Origin: an uncultured Lentisphaeraceae bacterium
GTDB taxonomy: Bacteria; Verrucomicrobiota; Kiritimatiellia; RFP12; DVOR01
DNA: 64,000 bases
Assembly (NCBI GenBank): GCA_964478335.1
Contig: CAYZIC010000001.1
Location: 3,638-67,637 of the forward strand
Direction of reading: 5' to 3'
A model generated the notes under the pieces. That model saw only the letters and a list, made by a program, of their open reading frames with translations. It did not search any database and was not told the DNA's origin. Below are positions 19,851 through 29,365 of the stretch, one piece after another (position 1 is the first letter of the stretch; every line of letters begins with the position of its first letter). Both the position numbers and the translations under genes were made by a program.

Positions 19851-20710
19851 ACCTCTCCCTCAAAAAGACTAATAGTTGGCACTGGCTCGCCATTGCATTG
19901 ATCCATGGTATTGCCTTTTCTTATTGTGGCTGGCGTGCTTGTCTCGACCGTGTCGAGACGCAATGCCTACCACAAATCGCCAAAGAAGAGCAACACTTGA
20001 TTCAATTAAAGGCTATGGACGCATTTGAGCCAGATCGTCTTGATCGTGAAACCAAGCGTCTTGAGCAGCAACTTGACACCTTGCAAAAACGCCTGGATCA
20101 GGCAGGCACCAAGCCTATCCCTCAGGGTAAAGATGCGGTCGTGGTGATCAAAAATAGCATCGATCAGGCATTGGGGCATCATCAGCTACAGGTGGCTAAG
20201 TGCAATTTAAGCCTCTCTCTCTCGACGCAAGATCTGTCACGTGAGGCCTCACCCAAGGCAATTCCGCAACCTCGACCAGTCCAGCAAAAAGTGCCTCGCC
20301 TCTCTCAGGAGGAATTTATCCTCTCCTATGATTTAGATAAGATGCTCGCATCGTATGAGCAAATCCCCGATAAGGCACTGCGTAAGCAAATGGTCCAGGA
20401 GGAGAAGCGGCGCTCGCATCGGATCTTGGCACAGCAGGCCAAACTGAGAGCGCAAGGTGTCACGATCAAAGCAAAAGCTAATCCAGCTCGGGTCGTACAA
20501 GCACCCGTGAAGCCGACCTTTAAGCCCAATCTGCCCTTTAAAACTGTAGAGATCAACTATGTCGTGCGGGGGGACTTTAGGCAGATGTTTCTCTTTCTCG
20601 TCAAGCAATCGTTTTTAAAGCAGTCCTACCACTTTAAGCAGATCCAGGTCGTGCAGTTCGATGATGGTGAGATGGGCATGGCATTTGTTTTACAGGTGAA
20701 TTATCTATGA
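19847..20710 (+). CDS. PilO-like bitopic pilus assembly protein
   Basis: An N-terminal TM and coiled coil are present. The gene overlaps its neighbours at both ends (operonic). Confidence 0.45.
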   Translation: MNLSLKKTNSWHWLAIALIHGIAFSYCGWRACLDRVETQCLPQIAKEEQHLIQLKAMDAFEPDRLDRETKRLEQQLDTLQKRLDQAGTKPIPQGKDAVVVIKNSIDQALGHHQLQVAKCNLSLSLSTQDLSREASPKAIPQPRPVQQKVPRLSQEEFILSYDLDKMLASYEQIPDKALRKQMVQEEKRRSHRILAQQAKLRAQGVTIKAKANPARVVQAPVKPTFKPNLPFKTVEINYVVRGDFRQMFLFLVKQSFLKQSYHFKQIQVVQFDDGEMGMAFVLQVNYL

Positions 20711-22203
20711 CACACCCAAACATGACACAGGTTGACTTACGTCGTATCGCCCCATCACAGGCGATCCTTGACCTCGTACCTGCCAAGGTGGCTCGCGGGC
20801 TCAATGTATTGCCGATTTATCTCGATGAGCAGATGCTGACAGTCTGCGTGGCTGACCGAGCGAACTATTCAATCCAAGAGAAAATCGAGCGAATCCTCCC
20901 ACAGTATAGTGTGCGCTTGGTCGAGCCGCTCGAGCCGCTCTCCTTACGAAAGGCTTTGCGGGATAACTATCCTGATGCACTGCTCAATGGAGAATTGGAT
21001 TTACCAGAAAATTTATTCTTTTACATCCTCAATCGAGCACTGACTCGTAATGTCTCAGATATCCATATCACGCCGACAGAATCAGGCGCTCGGGTGCGAT
21101 TGCGTCTTGATGGTAAGCTCCATGCCGATCGGGTGATCCCTGCAGAAACTGCCGCAGAGCTCTCCTCCTATGTCAAGGTCGCTGCAGGGCTAGATATTTC
21201 GGAGAAGCGTGTTCCTCAAGATGGCAATATCGATACGCGTATTGGTGGGCAGGAGGTCAGCTTGCGCGTGGCGACCGTGCCAACGATTTATGGAGAGCAT
21301 ATCACGCTGCGTATCCTCAGCCAAGCTGCTGAGGCACTATCGTTGGATTCACTAGAGAGCCTCGGGATGCATCGTAAGCAATTGGCACTTTTTACCGCAG
21401 CCTTGCAAGCACCTAATGGTGTGGTAATTATCTCAGGGCCGACAGGCTCAGGCAAGACGACGACGCTCTATGCTGCACTGCGCAAGCTAACTCAGTCTGA
21501 CACGCTCCATGTCATGAGCATCGAGGATCCAGTAGAGAAACCTGTCGCTGGGGTCACTCAGATTAAGATCGATAGCAAGCAAGATCGAGTAAGCTTTGAG
21601 GGTGCGCTGCGTAGTGTCTTGCGTCATGACCCAGATGTCGTCATGGTGGGTGAGGTGCGTGACGGGGAGACTGCTACGACGGCTTTGCGTAGTGCGCTTA
21701 CGGGGCATTTGGTTTTTACGACGCTGCACACCAATAATGCGCCTGGCATTTTGACACGATTGGTGGATTTGGGAGTACCTGCCTATTTAGTCGCAGCGAC
21801 CTTACGCTTGGCGATCGCTCAGCGACTATTGCGCAGACCCTGCCACGAATGCATGTCATGGGTGCTTGCTGATGAGGCGACTTGTCGGGTATGTGGATGG
21901 GACCCTACGCATCCTCCCAAAATCCCCAAGGTGCACGGCTGTGCCTATTGTGGTATGAAAGGCTACTCCGGGCGTACTGCCATCTATGAGATCTTGCCCA
22001 TTACCGATCAAGTCCGTAAGTTGCTTTTGTCTGGCAAAAGCGAAATGGAGATCTATCAGTATCTCCGTGGCCGCCAGCCTGAGTTAACTCTGATGGGTGA
22101 TGGACTAGCCAAAGTCATCGAGGGAGAAACGACGCTAGAGGAGCTGCGCTCGACCGTTTGTGAAGAGGGCGATTCACTCGATGAGAATAAGGATCTCTTA
22201 TGA
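20707..22203 (+). CDS. pilB: type IV pilus assembly ATPase (GspE/PilB family)
   Basis: Walker A GPTGSGKTTT is present. The Asp box, Walker B and His box pattern are present. A tetracysteine Zn motif CHEC...CRVC...CAYC is present. Confidence 0.85.
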   Translation: MTHPNMTQVDLRRIAPSQAILDLVPAKVARGLNVLPIYLDEQMLTVCVADRANYSIQEKIERILPQYSVRLVEPLEPLSLRKALRDNYPDALLNGELDLPENLFFYILNRALTRNVSDIHITPTESGARVRLRLDGKLHADRVIPAETAAELSSYVKVAAGLDISEKRVPQDGNIDTRIGGQEVSLRVATVPTIYGEHITLRILSQAAEALSLDSLESLGMHRKQLALFTAALQAPNGVVIISGPTGSGKTTTLYAALRKLTQSDTLHVMSIEDPVEKPVAGVTQIKIDSKQDRVSFEGALRSVLRHDPDVVMVGEVRDGETATTALRSALTGHLVFTTLHTNNAPGILTRLVDLGVPAYLVAATLRLAIAQRLLRRPCHECMSWVLADEATCRVCGWDPTHPPKIPKVHGCAYCGMKGYSGRTAIYEILPITDQVRKLLLSGKSEMEIYQYLRGRQPELTLMGDGLAKVIEGETTLEELRSTVCEEGDSLDENKDLL

Positions 22204-23444
22204 TTACGGATATGCCGACCTATAAGTATGTGGGAGTCAAGGCGAGTGCGAAGGTTTCGGGCACGCTTGCAGCGGAGAATGAATCGCACCTCAGAGGGCT
22301 TTTGCGAGAGCAGGGGATTCTCCTTATTTCGGCCAAGCAGATCAAAATCTCGGGTAAGGATACGCTTAAAGTGCGTGCGAAATGGGAGCGTCACATCTCG
22401 AATTTTTTTATCAAACAAACGGAAATCGAGCAGGCGATGTTGCAACTGGTCATCCTGCTCAAAGGGGACATCGCCATTGTTGAAGCGTTTGAGCAGGCGG
22501 CCCGATTGGCTAAGGGCTACATGGCATCTGCTCTTTTTGAGGTCGCCTTAAGTGTCAAGCAGGGGAGCTCGCTCTCTAAGGCGATTCGATTGGCTTTACC
22601 ACAACTCGGTGAGCTCTATCAGGGATTGATTGGTGTGGGTGAGGTCAATGGCTCGCTGCCTCAAATGTTTGCCTATTGCGTGAGGTTGATGCAACAAAAA
22701 CGCAAAATGCGCAATAGCATGATCCGCGCGATGACCTACCCTGCGATAGTCGTCTTGCTAGGGGCTGGGGTTGGTTATTATGTGAGCACTGTTTCAATTC
22801 CGCAGATTGCATCGGTGATGGGGGGCGAGTCCGATAAGCTCCCCCCTGTGACTCGGGCTCTACTTGATACCAGTGACTGGATTGCAGACAAAGGATATAT
22901 GCTCATTATCTATCCTTGCCTCGTGACGATCATCCTACTAGTGATACGACTATTTAAGCCATGTGCTTTGGTAATGGATCACCTATTCCTTTGGATTCCG
23001 ATTATTGGCAAAGCGTTATGCTTCGCAGAGAATGCTCTCTTTAATAAAACCATGGGAATCTTGATCCGCAGTGGGATCTCTGTGGTCGAGTCGCTCGATC
23101 TGATCGAGGCGACGCTGACGAATGCTTTTTACAAGACTCAAATCGATGGTATCAGACGAGCTGTCCGCGCAGGTAAGATGTTTTCCGACGGATTGGCTCA
23201 ATCGGCGTTGCAGCGACTCTCGCCACTAACCCCTGCGCTGGTGCAAGTCGGTGAAAGCTCGGGAAATATGGATGAGGGCTTACACTATGTCGGAGAGTAT
23301 TATGAGGATGCTCTAGAGCGCCGTCTTGATTTGATGGCTAAACTGATCGAGCCAACTCTCGTCGTCGTCGTCGGGGGGATGGTTGCCTTTGTCTATGTCG
23401 CATTTTTCATGGGCATGGCCGCAATGAATACCGCTACACTTTAA
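22200..23444 (+). CDS. pilC: type IV pilus platform protein (GspF/PilC family)
   Basis: 414 aa with two repeated GspF-type domains and 3 TM helices. It overlaps the pilB stop. Confidence 0.8.
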   Translation: MITDMPTYKYVGVKASAKVSGTLAAENESHLRGLLREQGILLISAKQIKISGKDTLKVRAKWERHISNFFIKQTEIEQAMLQLVILLKGDIAIVEAFEQAARLAKGYMASALFEVALSVKQGSSLSKAIRLALPQLGELYQGLIGVGEVNGSLPQMFAYCVRLMQQKRKMRNSMIRAMTYPAIVVLLGAGVGYYVSTVSIPQIASVMGGESDKLPPVTRALLDTSDWIADKGYMLIIYPCLVTIILLVIRLFKPCALVMDHLFLWIPIIGKALCFAENALFNKTMGILIRSGISVVESLDLIEATLTNAFYKTQIDGIRRAVRAGKMFSDGLAQSALQRLSPLTPALVQVGESSGNMDEGLHYVGEYYEDALERRLDLMAKLIEPTLVVVVGGMVAFVYVAFFMGMAAMNTATL

Positions 23445-23479
23445 CCTCGTATAATTGATTACTAAATAAGGAACCTATC

Positions 23480-24079
23480 ATGATATCTAAATACACGTCT
23501 CTTATCCTCTTAGGCATGGCAACGATGGTTGCTATACCCATGGATCTCTCGGCACAAGAGCCCTCCAAGCCCAAGGCGCCTGTAGCACAGGCTAGCGCAA
23601 AAGTCTCGCAAAAGAATAAACCTGAGCCAGTGCCATTAGTCCAGCCTCCTCAAACGTTGCTCGACGCAGAGGGCAACCCAGAGCTCGAGCTCATTAACCC
23701 ATTTGCTAAGGGGCGCTCTCGTGAGGTTGAAACCGATGGCTCTATGGGGAGATTGCAACGAACGACCCTAGGTGAAGTCTCCAATGATTTTGCCTTGCTG
23801 GCGATCGTCGTTCCTGAAGATGATACAGTTGAGCCGATGGCTCTGATCCGTCAAAATCAGGATGCAGGCCCTATTTTAGTCCGGCCTGGCGATCTCATCC
23901 GTACCCGTGAGCCTACTAAGCGAGGCAATAGATGGGGGCGGAGCAAGGAAGAATTGGCACGAGAAAAGCTTAAAGGCAACTTCACTTTTTACCTCTACAT
24001 CAAAAATATTTTACCGACACATCTCGAGGTTTATCATAATAAGAAAAACCCCAATGAGACAACCATCATCACCCTCTAA
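23480..24079 (+). CDS. PilP-like periplasmic pilus assembly protein
   Basis: A signal peptide is present. The gene lies immediately upstream of the secretin. Confidence 0.4.
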   Translation: MISKYTSLILLGMATMVAIPMDLSAQEPSKPKAPVAQASAKVSQKNKPEPVPLVQPPQTLLDAEGNPELELINPFAKGRSREVETDGSMGRLQRTTLGEVSNDFALLAIVVPEDDTVEPMALIRQNQDAGPILVRPGDLIRTREPTKRGNRWGRSKEELAREKLKGNFTFYLYIKNILPTHLEVYHNKKNPNETTIITL

Positions 24080-24110
24080 TTTAAAAGAACCAAAGAGAAA
24101 GTTACACATT

Positions 24111-25916
24111 ATGTTAACGATAAGAAAAAACTTTACACGCATGGTCTTACTGGGACTAACGTGCCTAGCAATTGAGCAAGGTGTTGCTTTTGCGCAACCT
24201 ACTCCAAACGTACCTGGACGTAATCTACCGATGATTAAATCGCTCATGATTCGCGAAGCACCAGCAGAGTATGCGATGTGGCTACTCGGAGAAACATGGG
24301 GGCGACATATTGTAGTTAATGAGTCAGCAAAAAAGGTCAACGTCCGAGTCTTCCTCAGGGGGATTGACTGTGCGAGTGCACTCAAGGCGATCTGCCACGC
24401 TCATGGACTTTGGTATCGTGAAGATCCAGAGAGCGATGTCATCTACGTGCAAACTCTCGATGAATATATCCGCGGTAGCTCGCTCAACGATAAAAAGTTT
24501 GTCTCAACTGTCACAGTCGTCTATCCGCGAGCTGAAGATATCGCAGCAAGCTTGCAAGAGGTCTTTAAGGACATGGTTGCTTATACTGCGCCAGACGAGT
24601 ATAGCAACGACCCCAGCGATGATATTGACAAGGCTATTGAGCGAATGCAACAGCTCGCCGAGCAATCAACCATCGTCGAATCGAGCACATCGAGCACACG
24701 CAGCTCTAGTCGTAGCTCTAGCGGATCGAGTAGTCGGTCGCGTCGTAATAATGACAATGACGATGGCATTCAGCGCGTCCGGGAGTACTATGATGACCTT
24801 GAGTCTCTCAATAAGAATAACACCCAGATCACTGCGGGCTTAGATGGGCGCCCCACTCCGAGCCTGCCAGGAGTCGTCTTTCTCGCCGTCGAGCGTGCCT
24901 CCAATACCATCCTCTTGCGTTCCTCTGATAAAGAGGTCTTAAAGCAGGTTGAGGAGATGATTGCCACGCTCGATAGACCGACCTCTCAAGTACTCCTCGA
25001 AGTGCAAGTACTCGAACTCGACACCACGGACAAGGAAGCTCGCAAGCTGGATATCAACTTCCAGGGACATGGTGGCGACTACACTGGGTCATTCGCGGAT
25101 ACCGCTTTGGGTGCAAAATCGGGTGTTCTGCAGATGCTCAGGAAAGATCTTCAGTTGAAACTTGAATTTCTTGATAGCAATGACAAAGTGCGTCGCTTGG
25201 CAACACCGAGCCTCATGGTCGCAGACCTGGAAGCTTCTCGTATCTTTGTCGGATCAGAAACGACGTTGCTCATGAGTGTCGAGGAAACCGTGGTCACAGG
25301 GAGTGGTAATAACCCTACGACAACCGCTGCAAGTAACCCCGAAACCGATCGCCGTGATATCGGCACCACGCTCGTCATCACGCCCAAGATCCATGGCGAT
25401 GGCACTGTCACCGTCCGCATTATGCAAGAAAGCGCAAGCATTGGCGCTGAAAAGGACATTAACTACGGCACGGATGAGCAGGGAAATCAAAAGACCTTTA
25501 CCAGCACAGATGTCAAGAAGCAAACGATCTCCTCTACGGTCGTAGCCAAGTCTGGTGCAACAGTTTCTTTGGGTGGTCTTATTAGCCATGAAACGGTGGA
25601 TAGCGTCTCACGCGTGCCGATTCTGGCTGACCTCCCCTATATCGGGAAGTATCTCTTTGAGCGCACCAGCAAGGCTGAGATCGAAAAGGAGCTCATTGTC
25701 CTCATTCGCCCTTATGTCATCTTGACACCTGATCGCGCAGAAAAAATGAGTCAACATTTCCTGAATAGTGCAGTCAATGATTCCTTATTACTCAAAGAGA
25801 TCACCGAACGCATGGGGCATAAGGAGGCATTGCTTAAGCCAGAAATTCTCGAATTTATTCAACAGAGCACACCTATCGCACCCGTGACACCCGAATCAAA
25901 GAAAGATCCCCAATGA
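24111..25916 (+). CDS. pilQ: type IV pilus secretin (PilQ/GspD family)
   Basis: A signal peptide (MLTIRKNFTRMVLLGLTCLAIEQGVAFAQ) starts at the internal ATG at 24111. The C-terminal secretin domain is present (VPILADLPYIGKYLFERTSKAEIEKELIVLIRPYVI). A Ser-rich linker is also present. Confidence 0.8.
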   Translation: MLTIRKNFTRMVLLGLTCLAIEQGVAFAQPTPNVPGRNLPMIKSLMIREAPAEYAMWLLGETWGRHIVVNESAKKVNVRVFLRGIDCASALKAICHAHGLWYREDPESDVIYVQTLDEYIRGSSLNDKKFVSTVTVVYPRAEDIAASLQEVFKDMVAYTAPDEYSNDPSDDIDKAIERMQQLAEQSTIVESSTSSTRSSSRSSSGSSSRSRRNNDNDDGIQRVREYYDDLESLNKNNTQITAGLDGRPTPSLPGVVFLAVERASNTILLRSSDKEVLKQVEEMIATLDRPTSQVLLEVQVLELDTTDKEARKLDINFQGHGGDYTGSFADTALGAKSGVLQMLRKDLQLKLEFLDSNDKVRRLATPSLMVADLEASRIFVGSETTLLMSVEETVVTGSGNNPTTTAASNPETDRRDIGTTLVITPKIHGDGTVTVRIMQESASIGAEKDINYGTDEQGNQKTFTSTDVKKQTISSTVVAKSGATVSLGGLISHETVDSVSRVPILADLPYIGKYLFERTSKAEIEKELIVLIRPYVILTPDRAEKMSQHFLNSAVNDSLLLKEITERMGHKEALLKPEILEFIQQSTPIAPVTPESKKDPQ

Positions 25917-26590
25917 TCGATGATGCTCCATGTTGTCACGTGCTCCCCACATTGCTCAAGCATACACTCATCATTGTCTGTGTGGGCATGATGAGCAGTG
26001 GGTGCGCACTAACGCAACCAACACCTCCAAAGACTGAGCATCCCCCACTGTCTGAGCAAGAGGCTCTCCAGCAGGCCATTACGCTCGTCGCAGAGGGGCT
26101 CCCCAAACAAGCTGTGCCACAATTACTTGCGATACGGGACAATACTCAAGATCCCGCCATCAAAGCCAGTGCAATTCAAACATGCGCAAAGGCTTTTGCT
26201 GCACAAGGTGATTTTAAATCAGCAATCAATGTCCTCAGTCCCTTGCCCCCCCTTGTCTTGCGTGAGGAGCAGGCAATCTCAAATGCGATGGCTGGTGAAT
26301 ATTACTTGCGCATGGGGGCTTACAAGCTCGCAATCCCGTGCATTGAGCGAGCACTCTACAATGAGCTCCCTAAAAAGCACACAGATTGGCGGGCTGCGGC
26401 TTTCTTCAATTATGGTAAGTGCGCCCTCTCGCTCAATATGCCACGACGTGCGCAGGCTCTCTTTAGTGAAGCGCAACTACAATTTAAACACCTCAATCAC
26501 CCGCAAGCGGTCATACTGTGCCAAACGCTCCTCACAACAATCGACCGTGCAATACTCCAACAAGAAAGCCCCCCCCCCCATGTCAAATAG
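25913..26590 (+). CDS. TPR-repeat lipoprotein, PilF/PilW-like pilotin
   Basis: A lipobox (MSSGC) and TPR-like helical repeats are present. The gene overlaps the secretin stop and the pilT start. Confidence 0.5.
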   Translation: MIDDAPCCHVLPTLLKHTLIIVCVGMMSSGCALTQPTPPKTEHPPLSEQEALQQAITLVAEGLPKQAVPQLLAIRDNTQDPAIKASAIQTCAKAFAAQGDFKSAINVLSPLPPLVLREEQAISNAMAGEYYLRMGAYKLAIPCIERALYNELPKKHTDWRAAAFFNYGKCALSLNMPRRAQALFSEAQLQFKHLNHPQAVILCQTLLTTIDRAILQQESPPPHVK

Positions 26591-27644
26591 TGAAATCCTA
26601 CAAGGGCTCTTTGATCTAATCGTGGAGAAAAACGCATCCGACTTACATTGGTGCGAGGGCGAGCCATTGAGACTACGTATCCACGGACAGCTTGCCATCG
26701 TCGAGCACCCTCTCCCAGAAAACATCGAGTTTCAAGGCCTCACCGAAACGCTTATCGGGCACAAGACCTTTGATCGCTTTCTCGAAACACGCGAATATGA
26801 TGGAGCTATCACCATCGCAGATGGTCGCCGCCTCAGAGTCAATATCTATTTTAAGCGCGACAAGGTCGCGTGGGCCATTCGCCTCCTCCCCAATACCTTT
26901 ATGACCTTTGAGGAGCTCGGTCTCCCTCTCGACCTCTGCCAAGAAATTACTCAAATGCACCAAGGGCTCGTCTTGATCACTGGTGCTACAGGCTCTGGTA
27001 AGACGACTACTCTCGCATCGATCCTCAATCAAATCAACCAGCAGCGCCACGCACACATCTTCACAATCGAAGACCCCATTGAGTATATCCATACCTCCAA
27101 ACAATGCCTCGTCTCCCAGCGGGAAGTCGGCAGAGACACCCGATCATTTCACGATGCACTCAAAAGCGTCTTGAGAGAAGATCCCGATATCGTGCTGCTT
27201 GGCGAAATGAGAGACCGAGAATCGATGGATGCGGCTCTGACGCTTGCAGAAACTGGACACTTGACATTTGCCACACTCCACACCTCTGGTGCCGTCGAAT
27301 CTATCGCTCGTATTATTAGCAACTTTGATGCCATGGAGCAAGCTCAAGTGAGAGAGCGTATAGCAAGCAACTTAAAGATCGTGATTACCCAGCAACTCAT
27401 TCCCTGGTCTAACCATCAAGGTCGATCCCTTTGTGCCGAGATCATGGTCTCAACCAAGGCGATTCGCGCGATGATCCGGGATCAAAAAGAACGCCAACTC
27501 CCCGCACTCCTCGAGACGGGCACCGAGCAGGGGATGCTGACGATGGATCGATCGCTTGTGACTCTCGTCAAGAATCATCACATCACCCTTGATGAGGCTC
27601 TCCTCTACACGACTGACAAGGATGCCCTCCTCAGATTTGTTTAG
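26580..27644 (+). CDS. pilT: twitching motility/retraction ATPase PilT
   Basis: 355 aa from the internal ATG at 26580. Walker A GATGSGKTTT and the PilT-type motifs (EDPIEY, HLTFATLHT) are present. The upstream extension listed in the ORF track is an overlap artefact. Confidence 0.85.
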   Translation: MSNSEILQGLFDLIVEKNASDLHWCEGEPLRLRIHGQLAIVEHPLPENIEFQGLTETLIGHKTFDRFLETREYDGAITIADGRRLRVNIYFKRDKVAWAIRLLPNTFMTFEELGLPLDLCQEITQMHQGLVLITGATGSGKTTTLASILNQINQQRHAHIFTIEDPIEYIHTSKQCLVSQREVGRDTRSFHDALKSVLREDPDIVLLGEMRDRESMDAALTLAETGHLTFATLHTSGAVESIARIISNFDAMEQAQVRERIASNLKIVITQQLIPWSNHQGRSLCAEIMVSTKAIRAMIRDQKERQLPALLETGTEQGMLTMDRSLVTLVKNHHITLDEALLYTTDKDALLRFV

Positions 27645-27649
27645 GGCGA

Positions 27650-27700
27650 GCATTGCTCGCCGTTGTTAGCTAATCGTGGCGACGCAGTCGCCCAGTAAGG
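27650..27700 (+). terminator. two GC-rich hairpins after pilT (GGCGAGCA/TGCTCGCC and GGCGAC/GTCGCC)
   Basis: Perfect short palindromes lie directly after the stop. No U-tract is present, so they may be a terminator or an RNA-stability element. Confidence 0.3.
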
Positions 27701-27706
27701 ATTGAT

Positions 27707-28447
27707 ATGGAAACGTTTATTGCTTTGGTACTTTTTGTCGCATGGTTGCAAACATGCTTAAAATTCGCCTTGATTTCTCGCATATGGGGATTTTTATTTA
27801 TTGTGATTATCGGGTGTTTGCCCTTTGCCAATCACTCCCTATTGATCGCCAGCAGTTTGCAAGAGCAGATGGCGATGGTATGCTCGGAATCATTTTTACA
27901 AGCTTGGTGTGTCATTTTGGTGGTGCAGGAGTTTCTCGTCTTTATTATGGGGCTCTCGCTCTTATCCGCTTATCAGTTAGAAGAGAAAATACACTGGTGG
28001 AAAATGGTTGTTTTTGTGCCGTCATTTTTAATTTATCCTGGCGTGGTCTTTCTCCAGATGCAGAGCTATAATCACTTTGTGATGGCTGACTTTGATTGGG
28101 TTTGTGCTGGAGTAAGTGCCGTCTTGGTATTCACCTCTTTAGCTGTGATTGAGGGAATGCGTTGGTATAAACGCCACGATTTTGATGGTGCGATTTTATT
28201 ACTCTTTAATAGTGAGTTTGTCATTACTATATTAGCTGTCTTTTTACCAATTGCAGCGGTCGCATCTGACCGCCTGCAGATTGGTGAATGGCAGATTAAT
28301 TGGCAAGACGCTCAGCCATTACTTTATCTGTTAATCCCTGTATTGCTCTCTGCGTGTGGGTATGCGCTATGGCAATTGGGGGTGCAGATCTATTACCGCC
28401 GTATACATCATTATCATCAAGTGAATCAAAGGAATAACCATGTCTAA
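27707..28447 (+). CDS. polytopic membrane protein of unknown function (first gene of the chelatase operon)
   Basis: 246 aa with about 6 TM helices. The sequence is AT-rich relative to its flanks and overlaps the next gene start. Confidence 0.5.
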   Translation: METFIALVLFVAWLQTCLKFALISRIWGFLFIVIIGCLPFANHSLLIASSLQEQMAMVCSESFLQAWCVILVVQEFLVFIMGLSLLSAYQLEEKIHWWKMVVFVPSFLIYPGVVFLQMQSYNHFVMADFDWVCAGVSAVLVFTSLAVIEGMRWYKRHDFDGAILLLFNSEFVITILAVFLPIAAVASDRLQIGEWQINWQDAQPLLYLLIPVLLSACGYALWQLGVQIYYRRIHHYHQVNQRNNHV

Positions 28448-29027
28448 CATCACCCAAATTCTTAATCTAATCTCAAATAGTTTACTCCTGCCTGTTATCG
28501 TTTTACTCTTAATTGCTGTCGTTTATGCGCTGATTGCGTTGGGTGGGTTTTGTGCCAGTAGTATTATGCTTTTGATTGAGCAGCGCAAGAATCGCACATT
28601 CTTACGTCAGATCCATCGTGGGGAGCTAGATGTGGTCAATCAAGAGGATTGCTCTCTAGCCCGACACGTGGCTTACTTTATCGAGAAAGAATGGAATGAA
28701 ATCGAATGCGAAAAGTATATCTCCGAGCATCTCGAGCGTTATGATCGCGAACTTGAGCGGCATCGTTTTTTCATCAAGATCGGGCCGATGCTTGGTTTGA
28801 TGGGAACTCTCATCCCCATGGGACCGGCTTTAGCAGGCTTAGCCTCTGGAGATATTGGCTCAATGGCCTATAATATGCAAATCGCTTTTGCGACAACAGT
28901 ACTTGGATGCTTTATCGCAGGCGTGTCGGTCTTGATCATTTCGGTAAAGAAGCATCACTATACCGCTGAAATCTCAAACCTACGGTATCTATTAGACCGT
29001 CAATTGGAGGGAGGAGCACATGCGTAA
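28440..29027 (+). CDS. exbB: MotA/TolQ/ExbB-family proton channel protein
   Basis: The C-terminal motif GPMLGLMGTLIPMGPALAGL resembles the TolQ/ExbB GLLGTVxGM region. Three TM helices are present. Confidence 0.55.
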   Translation: MSNITQILNLISNSLLLPVIVLLLIAVVYALIALGGFCASSIMLLIEQRKNRTFLRQIHRGELDVVNQEDCSLARHVAYFIEKEWNEIECEKYISEHLERYDRELERHRFFIKIGPMLGLMGTLIPMGPALAGLASGDIGSMAYNMQIAFATTVLGCFIAGVSVLIISVKKHHYTAEISNLRYLLDRQLEGGAHA

Positions 29028-29364
29028 GGCAAGGCGATATGAGCCATTTACAGAGCAAGATGATGATAATCCACTGAGCAATTTGGTGAACTTATTTGAC
29101 GTTGCAATGGTTTTTGCCGTAGCACTCATGGTCGCATTTGCGATACAAAGCCGTATGTCCGAGTTTTTAACCGCTCAAGATGCGACATTTGTTAAAAATG
29201 CAGGCTCGCCAGACATGGAGATCATTGTCAAAAAAGATAACAAAGTCACACGATATAAATCAGAGCAATCGACCACTGGCAATGGCAAAGGCCAGCGCGT
29301 GGGAGTCGCTTATCGATTAGAATCAGGTGAAATTATTTATGTACCAGAAGGAGATACAAAGTAA
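29020..29364 (+). CDS. exbD: ExbD/TolR-like (DUF2149-like) small bitopic protein
   Basis: A single N-terminal TM (LVNLFDVAMVFAVALMVAF) resembles the ExbD anchor. The gene overlaps the exbB stop. Confidence 0.45.
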   Translation: MRKARRYEPFTEQDDDNPLSNLVNLFDVAMVFAVALMVAFAIQSRMSEFLTAQDATFVKNAGSPDMEIIVKKDNKVTRYKSEQSTTGNGKGQRVGVAYRLESGEIIYVPEGDTK

Positions 29365-29365
29365 A

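Noticed and set aside
26127-26579. 505-aa extended form of the PilT ORF starting at 26127
   Set aside because: The upstream 150 codons are the out-of-context frame of the TPR-pilotin gene. The conserved PilT N-terminus begins at the ATG at 26580. The extension has no RBS.
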